NCBI GenBank assembly: GCA_907165135.1 | Contig: OU015569.1 | Span: 4,774,001 to 4,838,000 of the forward strand | Direction: 5' to 3' | DNA from: Oikopleura dioica | Lineage: Eukaryota; Animalia; Chordata | Length of the DNA: 64,000 nt | Shown here: piece after piece, positions 1 through 13,019 of the stretch | How positions within the stretch are numbered: position 1 is the stretch's first letter | Layout of the letters: every line of letters starts with the position of its first letter | The notes under the pieces: model-generated | Database searches by the model: none | Seen by the model: only the letters and a program-made list of their open reading frames with translations | What the model was told of the DNA's origin: nothing | Translations under genes and position numbers: made by a program

Positions 1-2021
1 GATCCCTCAATGTTATTGCTGATGTCGGGCAGAGGAAGCTCTTCGAAAGGAGAGCTCTTTCTTTTTTTCGACTCCTTTGAGCGGGCGCCGTTTTCGTAGC
101 AGCTTTTGGCCGCTGTTTTTTGTGATTCCAGAAAAGTTTCGAAGAGAGATGTCAAGTTCTGGATTTGTTTGCCGACGAGGGTAATTTCACTCGTATTCTC
201 TTCACACTTTCGCTGGACATTCTCGAGCTTCTCTGCGAGATTTTTTTGAATAACCTCAAGATTGGTCACAGTTGACTGAGCTGCTTTTTCAACGATGCCT
301 CTAAGGAGATGCACTTCATTCTTGACTTCTTGATTTTGCTCCCCAAAAGCACTCATTTCGTTTTCAATCTCTTTCAGCTGACTCTCGAAAATATTCTCCA
401 TATTTGCATTGACGCCCTGAACTTGTTCCGTCACTCGAACCATCTGCTGGGCAAACTCTTCTTCCATCTTTCCAGTAAGCGTTTGAAGCTCGGAGGATAT
501 CTGCACTTTTATTTGCTGGTTTTCGTGGCGGAGTCTAGCCTCAAGCTCACTGAGCTGCTCAGGAAGGGAAACGTCCATAAGCTTGTCTAATCTTCCTGGA
601 ACCTCTTTCCACCGAAGAATAATTTTGCATGCTTCTTCGCGACCCAAATCTATGTCTAATTTGGCTTCTACGGGTCCTACAGGGACTAGCGGAGAACAAT
701 TCTTTCTCAAGTCAATCTTCGTACTTTGAGGAACAGACTTGGCGTCAATGACACTTGGCATAGATTTCTCGGAGATTTTGGTGCTCTGAGGCGCTTCTTT
801 AGCGTTGAATTCACCTCGACCAGACTCATTGCAAATCTTTGTACTTTGCGGCACATTATTCGGGTTGAAGTCGTGAATAATTCTGTCTTTAGGGAGTTCA
901 GATCGAGTCATTTCGCCAATTTTTGTAGATTGAGGAAGACCATCAAAATTACCGCTGAAATGGGTGGTCTCCGAAAGCTGCTTCTTCTGAGCTGGAGTTT
1001 CCTCAGTTGGTTTATCTGGTACGTTCGAGAGAGATCTGCTCGAAGGTTTTGTGCGCGACTTTCGAGGAATGACTGTCTTATCCTCGTCGCTTGAGCTCTC
1101 GGAGGCTGATGGGACTCGTTTTTGCTTTATGCCGACTTCTCTCTTTCGGGGAAGGACTGGTTTCTTTGGCTCCGGAGACTCATTGAATGACTGTGACTGA
1201 GAAAGCATATCCTGGCTCATCGGTTGCAGCTGTCTTCGCGGCAAAGCGCCACGATTTCCGAGTGGCTGCGCTTTTGGGAAATTGCTTCGTTCTGGCTTAG
1301 GAGCTTGAGGTTTGGGGACGGGAGCAGCTTTCTTGGCGACTTTATCAGACTTTTTCGGGATCCTTACTAGCTCCTCTTCAGGAGGAGGAGTTGGTGTGCT
1401 TAGTGTATGCATCGTATTCACGTGTGGATCAGCCAGACGTTTTCGCGGAACATCTTTCTTCTTTGTCAGCTCTGGTTGAAGCTCTGGCTCGGGCTCACTC
1501 GACGGTTTATTGGAAGCTGATTTTCGTGAAGGTTTTGGGTCTGGGACAAGCTCAGGTTCACTGTCTTTTAAAAGGTCAGTCTCGAGTCACTGCTACGAAG
1601 AAAATTCTTGTAATTTACATATAATAAATATCTTTTTCTGACCCTTTCCTGAATCGTGAGAAGGCTTTGGATGGAAGGTGGGCTTTTTATGAAATTTCTT
1701 CGTGCTCTCGGTAGCGAATCCTCTTTCGAATGGATCTTGACGAAGATTGATTTCTTCGTTATAAGCCTGCGATTGAAAGTTGAATTGCGAGAGACCCTGA
1801 GTCTGCGTATGGGGAGCTTCTTCCTCTACAAGAAGATCGTAAAATTTTTCTTATGAAAATCAAGCAAGTAATACCTGTAGCGATTACATAATTATCAAAG
1901 ACCTCCGCCAGCTTTAGGTGAAATTTGCCTGCCTTCCTGCCTTTATTTTTGGTTGCTTTTTGACCACTTCATAGACTTCTGATGTTGCGCGGCTAACCTC
2001 CTGCTCAACAAGAGTTGCCAT
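1..2021 (-). CDS. Host multi-exon gene, K/P/E-rich protein of unknown function (runs off the window start)
   Basis: ATG at 2021 (MATLVEQEVSRATSEVYEVVKK), followed by long coding-like minus-strand stretches separated by short AT-rich intron-like gaps (e.g. ~1600-1640, ~1850-1875). No family recognised. Confidence 0.55.
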
Positions 2022-2323
2022 AGTTTTTCGAGATAGACTATCTTAGTCTATCTATTATCTGAATAAGACTCTGATTCCAAATGAGGATATAATGAACATC
2101 TCATTGTTTTAAGGTAAAATGATGTGGCTCGACTGGAAAATGGAACAAGGAGGAAAGAACTTTTAGGATTCGTTGAAGGTTAATAGAATTAAACGCAGTT
2201 TGAAAGAAGTTTTTTTTGTACTGTTTTGGCTTGGCAAAAACGTCTGACATTTGAACGGAAAAATTCATCATATCGTTTTTGTTGAACATGAAAACAAGGT
2301 AAAAAAGGAGAAGAATGTGTAAT

Positions 2324-2874
2324 TCAAGGATCAGCATCGTGAATGTGAGCGATGATTCTCGGTAGAATGATCATAACGCCTAGAATAATGGCGAAATACG
2401 CCATGCAGTAGAACGTTGACTTCTGGTTCGGGTAGTCGGGCGACCTTCGTTCGTGCGAACGCTGTGCCATGATATAAAGAGGCGCGGCACACAAGCCCAG
2501 TGGAAGGCAAAAGAGCAGCGCACAGAATAAACAAATTTGACTTTGAGAAGGGATTCTTAAGTGCCGAGTTGATATCAATCAATCATCAAGTTCTCCCCGC
2601 GCCTTGGTCCTTCCTCGTCTTGTGTCTCGTTGGTTGATGGACATGGAGGTTGTGCAGAATTGCTCGTACTGCGAGAGAGAATGAACTGCTGGACGGGCAA
2701 GGAAGCGCGCTGCTCGAGCTGCCTCGGGTCCGTAATTTGCCTGGAGAAGAGTGGCACCCGCGCGTAACTTTCTCGGTTGCAACTTTGTGCTTCTCCCTGG
2801 TGAACTGAACCATATTTTTCTTTCATGACATCTTCGTACGAAGGCGGCGATACGTCTGGATATGCGCCACTCAT
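2324..2874 (-). CDS. CD225/dispanin-like membrane protein (spliced)
   Basis: N-terminus MSGAYPDVSPPSY (PPxY). The C-terminal exon gives ICLFCALLFCLPLGLCAAPLY...MAYFAIILGVMIILP, two hydrophobic segments with the Cys/Pro pattern of CD225 domains. Confidence 0.6.
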
Positions 2875-3539
2875 TATTTCAAGTCTGAAAGCATCTTCTC
2901 TAGCAAAGCGGACTTTGAGAAGCTTACAATCACGAAAATTGTTCAACAAAGAATTAGGAGATGGGACAAAAACCAATTCGAGTATAAGTATCAATTTTAT
3001 TTTGTAGTTTTTTCTTCCAGGTCTTGGTGTACAGTCAAATGGCAATGGTTTCACTTTGAATACGCACTTGACTTCTGCGATCATGGAGGAATTCTCGTCT
3101 TCGGACTCTTTTTCTTCCATCTCAAGCTTCTCGTCTATGAGTGCAGGGGAACTTATTTGGCAAGACAACGTCGTTCCAGCATGACCATCACGATCAGCTT
3201 TCGCCGCTAATAATCTCAATGAGTCTCATCTATTTCTAAAAATAATTGGCGTTTATTGACAATGATTTTTGTGAAGAAAGCGTTAGCTTGTTGAAGAAAA
3301 TTGTGATAAAACAAGTAGGAGAAGGGGTAGGGTAAACACAGGCCAAGTGAAATAAGTGGGGATCGGGAGACGGTGACTCGAATCTTCCGAGTCAGTAGTA
3401 CGAAGAAGAGTCATAGTCCGTGCCATACTCCGTGGACGAATTCGAAGGCACCTCTTTGACATCGTTGAGAAACTGATGGAAGTTGTACTATAAACATTGA
3501 TTCCCTTTGCAAAGTCAACGAAAGAAAAAGAAAGCTATT

Positions 3540-4284
3540 AGTAGCAGTTGGACAACGCCAAATAGGTTACTCTAAAATAAGCTGCCATGTAGGTGTTCTC
3601 AAAACGTAATGGGCATTTAGGGGCGTCCACACTCGGTTAGCAGTGACTTTTAATAATCGACGAACTCAAGTACCCTTGCGCTAATAATGACAATAATGGC
3701 AAGGCCGATTCCAACGAAGGCAGCGTATTTGTAGCGGCTGTTGTAACGAATCAGGCCTGTTGAATCGGATCTATCGTAGGCACCTTTCGCTTGAAAGTAG
3801 TAAATGCAGGCAAGAACTGCGCAGGGCCATCCGCCACAACACCAGACAAAGACAAGAGGGCAGACACTGTGGATTGTTCTAAATTGCTCTTTGCTTGAAA
3901 AACTAATTCGTTCTAGATATATTTTGAACGGTTCCTAGGGGGATCTTCGTTGAATTGCTGCTGAACGTGCATTGTGTTCTGAACAGGCTGTTGCGAAACG
4001 AGGTGATATCCAGGCTGAAGAGCTGGCCCAGCTTGCTGAGGCATTGGATAACCTTGAGCTGGTGAATAGTACGGAGTAGTGTTGACTGGCGCGTAAGGAG
4101 GTTGATTCGCCGCGAATTCAGGATTGCTGGCGGCGTAAGATACCGCCATCGACGGGTTGTAAGGAGGTGGAGCCGCACCAGTCTGATGTGGCTCTGACAA
4201 AAATGAAAAGGTTTCTCTTGAATAATGAACAAACCTATAGTTGGAGCGGAGGCTTCCTTCGGTGCACCCATTTCTCGATTTCAC
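3540..4284 (-). CDS. CD225/dispanin-like membrane protein with a Pro/Gln/Tyr-rich N-terminus (spliced)
   Basis: ORF 3913-4284 (APPPYNP...QGYPMPQQ) plus exon ~3880-3666 reading VCPLVFVWCCGGWPCAVLACIYYFQAK...YAAFVGIGLAIIVII. Both ends are approximate. Confidence 0.6.
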
Positions 4285-4378
4285 AACAAGCCTGAAATCA
4301 GAACAACGTTAAAAAGGGAGATACAAAGGCTTCACATGCGCTTGCGGAGGTGCGGAGATTTAATCAGAAATTTTAAAA

Positions 4379-5358
4379 TTATAAGTATCCGTTTTTGGAT
4401 GTAGTTTCTTCTTCCAGATTTTCTAGGAATAACGGCGGTATGTTCACACCTTCGTCTGTTGGTGAAGTGAGAACATCTCGATGACAGACTCTTATCGAGT
4501 CGTATCCTCAATTTCTTCCTCTGTTCCCAGGGAAGAACTTTGCTTTGTTCGCGGCAAGTGTGCGAGTAGCCTCATTTTAACGTCTGGAAAGGGCGAATGT
4601 TATTTTAGGGTAGAGAGTAATTATAATCAGTAGAAATCTTCCAGTTTGTTGCAGTTAACGCATCACATTCAAAATAAAGTTATAAGTATCCGTTTTTAGG
4701 TAGAATCCGAGTTTCGGAGAGTTTTTCGATTCTCGAGCACTCTGACGCACTCTTCCTGGAACGCTTCTTTATTCATACCCTGTTCTAGGTACGGTAGCAG
4801 AGAAGTTGAATACTGGAACATCTGATTCTCCAGGACCGCTTCTTTCTTAATTGCTCGTTTCGCGCATAATGCGCGATTAGCCTCAATTTTCTTTCATTCT
4901 AAAAGTATTCAGTGTTACTCTTCGAAAAAATAAAGGTCAATATTAAGATAAAATAGATGTGAAAATGTGCAGTTGAGATATGATATTTTATAAGTATCCG
5001 TCTTTTGGAAATGTTTCATTGTTTATCCGGGTTTTCCGTCTTGATTCTCGAACTTTCCCTCTTCAGGAGTTCTACCTCTCGTTTTCTTCTCTTCTCGCAT
5101 CAGTTTCACTTTCTGAAAAATAGACTGGGTTAGATCGAAGATCAAGGCCAGACTTGATTAGAAAAAACAAATCAGAAGAAAAAAGATTGAATACTGTCTG
5201 GGGACGTGACTCATTCCTTTATACAATGATTCCAAGCTGTCTAGACTCGGCAATCTGTGTTGAAAACCTGAGTAAGGCTCTGGATAGCGGCTTCGAGGCA
5301 TGACGACTTCAATCTTTTTTAAAACTGACTCAGGTTTACAACGCATATTCCGGAGCAT
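4379..5358 (-). other. Three ~300-bp related short units or exons sharing a terminal 17-nt motif, plus an upstream 66-aa ORF
   Basis: TATAAGTATCCGT(T/C)TTT recurs at ~4380, ~4681 and ~4989. Each minus-strand unit starts after an AG acceptor-like site, and two begin (M/L)RL(L/I)AH. Confidence 0.35.
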
Positions 5359-6529
5359 AGCAATGTTTAAGCCTACAATAATTATCAGAAAATTATTCCA
5401 CTCAAGAATTTCGAGAATTCGGATTTGAGGAAATTTTTTTCACAAGCTGGGACTTTTTAAAGTTCTCACCCTCTCTCTCTTTGTTTATTTACAGTTGAAG
5501 ATATTTATGTTCTCTCGGAGAAAACAAAAAAAAAAACACGAAATGCGAGGTTATCGATAAGCAAGCGAAAATATAATGAGTTTTGAGAGGAATCTCCTCT
5601 GCGATGCGATTGAGTGCGTGACATGAAGACGGGAATCTGATTGGCGCTCGAAATCGCGCGCGAACTTTTGAAAATTCAAAAACTCAGCGACTTTTTCAGC
5701 CAGTCAGAATTTTGGCGAGTTTTCAAGATAGGCAGATTTTAAGTAAAACGGAAAGTGCGTAATTATAGAATAAATAGACACACATAGTCAATAGAATTAA
5801 CAGAAAGTTAGAGAATAATTCTAGCGTCAGAAAAGCCAAGTAGATCGCTAAGGATGTCTTGAACAGCTCTAGAATGATTCTGAAGATCGTTCGCAAGATT
5901 GCCAATACTTTCTTTGAGTTCCCAAGCAGCAGAATCAAGGCGCTAGAATTATCAAATATACTTTACTTTTCAAAAGCATTTTACCTTCCAATGACGATCA
6001 GGTTTTCAAAGTTGACTGTTTCAACTTGGCCAGGGTGATATTCTTGAAGCCATTCGTAAATCGTAATCGCTTGATTTTCGCTTATTTTCATTTGTCTCGT
6101 GTCAAAAATGTTATTCTCCAATTTGCAGTTTCGAAACTGTGAAAATCTCCGCCGGCGCTGGATTCGCACTCATCCTCCTTATCGCCTTTGTTCACCAGTA
6201 AGAATCATTTTATTCTGGGAATTTTGAAAAGGTTTGCGTTTTTTCCTTTTCCGCGTGGGTGGAAGAGCAGAAAAGTTGGCTCGATCCTTGCTCATCCTGA
6301 CCCAGCTGCCGAGAAATCGATATTGTCCACTGTAGGAGGCGATCGCTGAAAATACGACTGTACTCGGACCGTTTGAGTTGATAAGAAGGAAGAATCAATT
6401 GAATTCTTATTCGTTAAATTAATTTATCTCTCCAAAAATGAATTCAACTACTCCCTGTAGAGCCATAAAGTCAGCTATCGCTTCCAACACTGGCTCTTTG
6501 TGACTGGCTCTTTGTGACTGGCAGCTGGG

Positions 6530-6682
6530 CTCGCAACCTGCGAAATCTGAGTCAGGGTTTTGAAATAGCTTACATGAAAAGCCGCGCAGCGGCTTACTTT
6601 AAATTGAATCTACGATGGAAATGCGCGGCTTTTCATGAAAGCTTTTCCAAAATCCTTACTCAGGTTTGCACAGGTTGAGGAG
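6530..6682. repeat. Imperfect ~60-bp inverted repeat (fold-back or MITE remnant)
   Basis: 6530-6588 (ctcgcaacctgcgaaatctgagtc...catgaaaagccgcgca) pairs with 6622-6682 (tgcgcggcttttcatg...actcaggtttgcacaggttgaggag) across a 33-nt loop. A 14-bp tandem repeat precedes it at 6491-6518. Confidence 0.75.
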
Positions 6683-7033
6683 CTAAGCACTTGAAGATTA
6701 TCTCTGGGTAAAGACTGTAGCCTATAGTCGATAACGAAATCTTCCAATTTTTAGAGTTTAATTTCAATGAAAATCCTATTTTATTCTTCAAAAGCAATCT
6801 CGTGACGCTGTAAATTTAGTGTACGCAAGTTTACGTAAAGCGCATAAATCAATATAAAACAAATATAACCGTTTGAATTGCGTTCAGATCTGAGAACCGC
6901 GTTGAGGCCGTTAGAATGGACTCCAAGCCCGCAATTTTCAAGGGCCTAAATTCATCACTCTCGCTTTTTAAATTTCGCCAGTAGTGGAGTCCATGGGTAA
7001 TTGAGCCTCAATGCAGAGCGGATTCGGATTGCG

Positions 7034-8670
7034 ATGAGCTACCACGGCCGGTCTTCCAGTAGGCGAGACTACGAGCAGCGTGGCTCTCGAGACAGGAACG
7101 GAACTCTCCTTCTGCAATTACTATTGTAACAGAAAGGAAAATAAGCGAGAGACACTCCGGGAAAGAAGCTACGAGGATAGAAGAGGCCATAGATCTTACG
7201 GCAGAGAGACGTCGCGGTACGATCGCGAAAGAAGAGAGCCCCGCAATTTCTATTCCTCTGTAAGTCTGATTGTAGCCGGGTATTGTTCACTTTCATCAAA
7301 TTCGATTCAGAACCACCGCAGATGGCGAGACACATATCAAGCTGGTGACCGAGACGGCTCTGGTGGACATACTCTTTATCCAGTGCAGTCCCGAACGCAG
7401 TCTGGTACCTTCAATCAGTACGACTACAAAAACGTAAGCTCCTCCTTCTCAATTATCGTAATACTCAAATTCGGTAGACAAACTTCAAGAAGGAATTCAA
7501 TATCACAAAGAAGCCCAAAGATCTGCCGAAAAAACCTGGGTCTGACTCGGAAAATAGCGACGAGGAAGACGACAAAACTGCGAAACCAGTGCCACATTCT
7601 TCCAACCAGGTTCAAAAGCAGCCTTCATATGGGCTTCGCTTCAACGACGAGGAAGGATCTGATGAAAATGAGCAATACAACTACGCGAACGACGATGCTC
7701 TTTTTATGCAACAAGCTTCAACTGGTTTTCAGGACGATTCGTTGAATATGTTCCAGGTACATTTTTAAACGTCTCTCTTGACCGTAAATTTATTGATAGG
7801 GAATGAAATCAGCGAAGAAAAAGAAGAGAAAGCGAAAGAGAAAGAATCCAGAAGGAGAAGACGCTCCTGAATTGACCCAAGAGCAGGCTTCTTTGCGTGA
7901 GCAGGCGAAAAAAGAGTGGGAAGCTGTGAAGCAACTGCCGAGCGGAAGTGGAGAACTGAAAGCGGATAATTCGGACGAAGAGCAAAGCTCTGGTGAGCTT
8001 CTTTTCCCGATTCGTTCATTTATTCCCTAGGCATGTCCGGAAGAGCGAAATGGGGAAAGAAAAACAACAAGAAACTGATGAAGGTGGCGCACATTCCAAT
8101 GGCTCCACTGCTCTTTCAAAAAGCAAAGGGCGTTCTTGGAGACGCATCACTCGAAAAGAATGAGAACAAACCGTTCGAAGAAATGAGTAGCGAGGAAAGA
8201 GCGAGAAAGGTGAAGTTTTTGGCAAAAGAAGAAGAAGACGCACAGGTGGAGTACCAGAGCTGGAAACGGGATTACACGAGGTTGGTGATTCATTTCCGCC
8301 GTTTTTACGAAAATATTTAGTTGGTTTGTTGATACTTTCACAATGCGAGGGTTGCTAAACGGGCAAGATCCGATCGAACTATTGAAGAAAACTGAAGTTG
8401 ACGGCTTCAAAGATGTTGACAGAGCGGTTCAAGATGAAGCTGCTAAAATTAGACAATACTTCCTTACTTTCAAAATCGGTAACTACGATCCCAGAATTCC
8501 CTGATTGACTTGTCTGTTCAGTCGATATGAAAACGAAAAAGTGTCAAAAGGACTTGGAGAAGTTCAAAAAGAAGCTTTCCGAAAGTGCGAAAAGCGTCGA
8601 GCAATGACTCGTTTTCAGTTTACTTTTTAACAATCTGTCTGGCAAAAAGCGACCAAAACGAAACTAAATA
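7034..8670 (+). CDS. Host multi-exon gene, R/S/D/E/K-rich low-complexity protein (probably nuclear)
   Basis: ATG at 7034 (MSYHGRSSSRRDYEQR). ORF segments 7080-7745, 7803-8030 and 8033-8320 are separated by short GT-AG gaps; basic run KKKKRKRKRK. The 3' end is approximate. Confidence 0.5.
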
Positions 8671-9100
8671 TGAATCATCTTTCTATAATAAAACCCTGAT
8701 GACTTGAGTCAAGCAAGCTTCCCTTACAAATGGCATAAGAATACCAGTTCAGATTGGGAGAGTTGAAACCGCTGCAGTTTGTAGTAGTGGGACGAGTTTG
8801 GATGAGCTAGGATGAGTCACCTAGCAATGAAAGCAGGATTGGTTCGTGGGGAAGCTTATTGACAGGATTGGCGGTGCCGCGTCACTCGCCCCGGGGGCCC
8901 GTTGGCTGAGCTCACTGTGTTCCGTGTGATTGGCTGATCCGCCTGCTGACTCGGCTCAAACTCGAAGGGGAGCTGAGCCCCTCCTCTGAGACACTCAAAG
9001 CAACTCTGCGTCTCTCCGTTAGACGGCCTCCCTGTAACCCTCATGTAAAGCAGACCTAACTCGCTAAGTACGCGAACATCTCAAACAGCTGAAAGAGCTG

Positions 9101-11252
9101 ATGAGCTCAAGAGAGCAAAATGGACATGCCCAGAGCTTGCCTCCAAAAAAGCGCGTTCTCGTCTCTTCCCAACAGGCCACGATCGCCGAGCGACAGCCAG
9201 AGAATAACATGACAGCGGTAGGTTAAACTATCAAACACACATGTCCTGAGCATGTCTATTCCGCTTTGCTTCGTTCGCATGCTCCTTGAAATTGCCGTTT
9301 TGTTAATTACTGATATGTTCTTCCTTGCTGGAAGGTTTTTTGATCGCTTGAATGAGAAACTTTGTTCTTGACTGTTGCTTAACGCGCCTGATTACAGTAT
9401 GTGTTGAATGTGACTGGCAGCATTTCAATTTTCAAAAGAAAGGAAGCGAACCACATTAATCAATCCGTGCAGATTTACTTTCAGACTCAGAAGATCACGC
9501 AGGTACCCGTGGTTGTGCGGACGCAATCGATGGCCACGCCGATCGTGATGGCCTCCTACCCTGTCCAGTCGACCAGCTGTATACCGACCATGTACATCCC
9601 TATGCCGATTCAAGGAAACCATCAGACCACCGTTCAATACGGTGCGGCTACGTATCAGACTGCCAGTCAACCAGTTGTTAAAGTACAGGTACTTCATTGC
9701 TGATCGATAATTTTATGCTTGCTTTGGATACTCCCCAGAAGTCGAGAAAATCTTACCTGGTTGATTTAAGACGGTGCAATACAGCCCGCAGAAACCTGTG
9801 GTAACGAATGGAATCACGCACGCAATCAAGATGGCTCCAAAACGTACGAACGCAGTTCCCGAAGCTCAGAAGACAGTGACTTACATCACGGGCCACAACA
9901 TAGGGCAGCGCGTGGAAGCGCCTAAACAACAAATCGTGATGGCGTCACCAAAGATGACAACCGGCTTTATCAGGGCGGTTCAACCCCCGCAGAACATTCA
10001 GCGCAGCATCAAACTCGGTAAGAGGGTTCCAAAAGAAAGCAACAGAGTTTCAGAGATCATAAACTTCTATCACGATTTTTAATTAGTTTCTGTTTCGAAT
10101 TTAACTATTTGATCTTGCTTCAAAGAAGCTTTTACATCAAATTACGACCTAGTCATAAGCTTACATAAAAGAATTCCAAGCGGAGCACTACTGTGTCAAA
10201 TATGTACGGTATTTTATACCTTATTTTAGATTCTGGAGCTTCTTGCGTTCCCGACGTAAAGATCGACACTCAGGCTCCGATAAAATGTAAGTAAGCGCGA
10301 AGAAGGTATTCGTCAAATCTTACTCGGGCGTTGGTCATACTTAATTTTTAGATTATCAGTTGAAGAAGCCAAATCAGAACTTTGTGCCTGTGCAACAGCC
10401 GGAAGTGTCGAACACGAGCTTGTCAATGCCGGAGTCGACAGATTGCTTCTTCAAAGGGAGCACGATCACGCTCGAGAATGGCGAGTGCAAGAAAATCGAG
10501 GATCTGAACCAAGATGACTTTGTCAAGGTGCGCCCTCGTCACTAAATCAATCTCTAGTTGCCTTTTCAGTGCGCGCAAGTGACGACGGACAAGAAACTCA
10601 TTCGAAGTGTGTTGACGGAAATGACAGAGATGAAGATGAAAAGCGCGATGGTTAGTCTCCACTTCCGTGTGCAGGTCACCGGACAAAATGTAAGTCCGCG
10701 TTTCTTTTCTTCAAAAATTTTGACTTTGTTCAGGTAATAGTGGAAGCGCCAACAAATTACCCATACTTTACAAAGGACGGTTGGGCCTCCGTCGATCCTT
10801 TAGCTACTGAACGCAGTTACAGACTTAAATGCAGGTACTGCTTCGTGCATTCGTTTTAGGTGCTTTATCGACCTGCTTTCAGAAAATTAGCGAAGGGAGA
10901 TGAGATCTTTTCCATCGAAAAAGAGTCCTCCGACGAGCAAGAAAGCCAGTTCATCCCCGTTTCCTCCTCTGTCTCTTCCAGCCAGCCCCAGAAAAAGAGC
11001 ATCATCGAAACAACATTTGGTAGTGGTGGAGCGTTCCGTCCAATTCACGAAAAACCAATGTCCGAATATCGCGCCAACTTCCCCACAATCACTTCTAATA
11101 CGCTGCAGAGTTGCAACTCGCACGCTCCACTCGAGCAAGACTGCAGCGAACGCAACTTCTTTCGAAACCGACTCGATAGCAGAGGGAAGAAACTGAGAAA
11201 GCGTAGAGCTTCTGATTCTGATGTAAGTTTAGCTGGCGGCGTTTATTCGTAA
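9101..11252 (+). CDS. ATXN1: Ataxin-1 family protein (AXH domain), multi-exon
   Basis: N-terminal MSSREQNGHAQSLPPKKR resembles ATXN1 CLPPKKR. The AXH domain is spread over exons ~10350-10900 (CFFKGSTITLENGECKKIEDLNQDDFVK...VIVEAPTNYPYFTKDGWASVDP...CRKLAKGD). C-terminal RKRRASD resembles the ATXN1 RKRRWS NLS/14-3-3 motif. Confidence 0.85.
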
Positions 11253-11678
11253 CGCTCTTTAGATCCGGAGAGAACGTCGTAGCGAAAGTAGATAGCGGCG
11301 CCCTCTACAAATCAAAGTATTCGCTTTTGAAACTGCCACCGCGTGAAAAACCGACCGATCTTGCTCAGAAAAAAAACAAGGACAACAACAACAATCTCCA
11401 AAAAACCAACAACCGACATTTACATGAAGAAACAAAAGAAGCGACTGGACTGGTTCCGAAACAAGGCCCTGCTCAAGCAACAAGTAGTATCTGTGGACTT
11501 CGCTGATTTACTTTTAATCAATCTGAACGACGACTTTATATTCTGCTGTTTTTCACTTCGCTCAACCAAAAATATAGCTAATCGTTTTGCCAAGTGTACT
11601 CGTAAGCGGATAGACCTACGCAGACAAACAAGCTTCTCGCACGTTGCAAGTCGGTATGAGTTTATTTCAGTGTTTTAA

Positions 11679-12677
11679 TCACAATTCAATTCTGGCACCT
11701 TCCGCGTCTCGCGCTCGTTTCCACTCCTCGAAGAGCTCTTGCTCTTTTCGGCGAATCGCTTCGTGATCCTCTCTGTCGAACGCGTCGAAGAGCTTTTTGA
11801 CTTTTGTCTCGTCACTCAGTTGCACTTCGTCTTTGTCCAGAATCGCTGTCAAGTTAGCAAGCATTTTTTCCCCTTTGAGGAATGCGTTTCGGTGGTGATC
11901 AGCAGCATCAAACATAGAAGTCAGGAGTTCGTCCGCCTTCGATCCGACGTAGTCCAGCTGCGTCAGTACCTCATGCATCGTTTTGATCAGATGTTTGCCA
12001 ATTTCAGCCTAATTTATTATTTTTGAATTATTAAAAAGTCTCAGGCAAAATTTCTACCTGCTTTAGAGAGAGAACAGAAGCAGCAGTGCCACCAGCGAGG
12101 ATATTTGCGTTTTCAGTGATCGGCGCGGTCGGAAATTCCATCGTATCGCTTATTTTTTTGATTTCGAAGTCGCCATATTTCGTCTTCAATTTGTCACCGA
12201 TCTTCAACGACTAAAACCGTATACATAAAATGAACATAAGTAAAACTTACCTTGGTAGCTTTGAGTTTCGCTCCTCCAGAAACAGCGACGTAGACGAGAT
12301 GATCTGGCGTCAGTCGAATTTCCCAATCATCTTCTGCTTTCACGTGCTTCATATACGCAAGTTTTCTGTATGTTTTTTTATAGTTGCCAATTATCGTCGT
12401 GCATTCGTACTCGCCAGTTTTATCGTTGTATGAAAGAACTTCGTCCCCTCTGAAATTTTGTAAGTATAATATCGCCGAAAAATGTATCATCGGTAGCTCA
12501 ATGCAATTACCTTGTCAGCTCTTCGAAATCGATTAACTTGAAAAAGTTTCCACAGGCAATAGCATGCTCTATTGTCGAGAAAGAGAACGTCGATACATCA
12601 ATTCCTGGCAAACTTCTATCGCCGAAGCAATTTACAACGGACCAGGTAAGAAACAAACTCTTAGTGATCATGCTCAT
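11679..12677 (-). CDS. Hint (Hog-like) domain protein, 4 exons, ~282 aa, with an N-terminal hydrophobic leader
   Basis: Exons 12677-12511, 12449-12251, 12210-12058 and 12008-11679 total 849 nt and stay in frame with GT-AG introns. Hint motifs: EELTRGDEVLSYN, IRLTPDHLVYV (TxxH), SLKIGDKL, APITENANILAGGTAAS. Confidence 0.8.
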
Positions 12678-13019
12678 TTTTGATTATTTTCTTGAAAGAA
12701 TCGAGCTCTTACGAAAATTCAAAATAGCAGATCAAATATTTTTCTGCCGTACTAGTCACATAAACATTTTCTATTTGCTCGAGGGGAGATTCTCCTTGGA
12801 GTTGAAACCAAGAAATACTTGCTGAGTGAAATATGTATTCAAAAATAAAATGGAAGAAGAAAAGTGGTCAGAAATGAGTGGCGAACATTCGCTGTAAATT
12901 GCCGAGCACGTCGTCATCTATCAAGCGCTTTTTGTAGACTCGTGAGTGGAATCCGCGGGTCTTAGTCTTTAGGTTCCATCAACTGTTTATTTCGAATGAA
13001 TAAAATTAATGTTTTTTGA

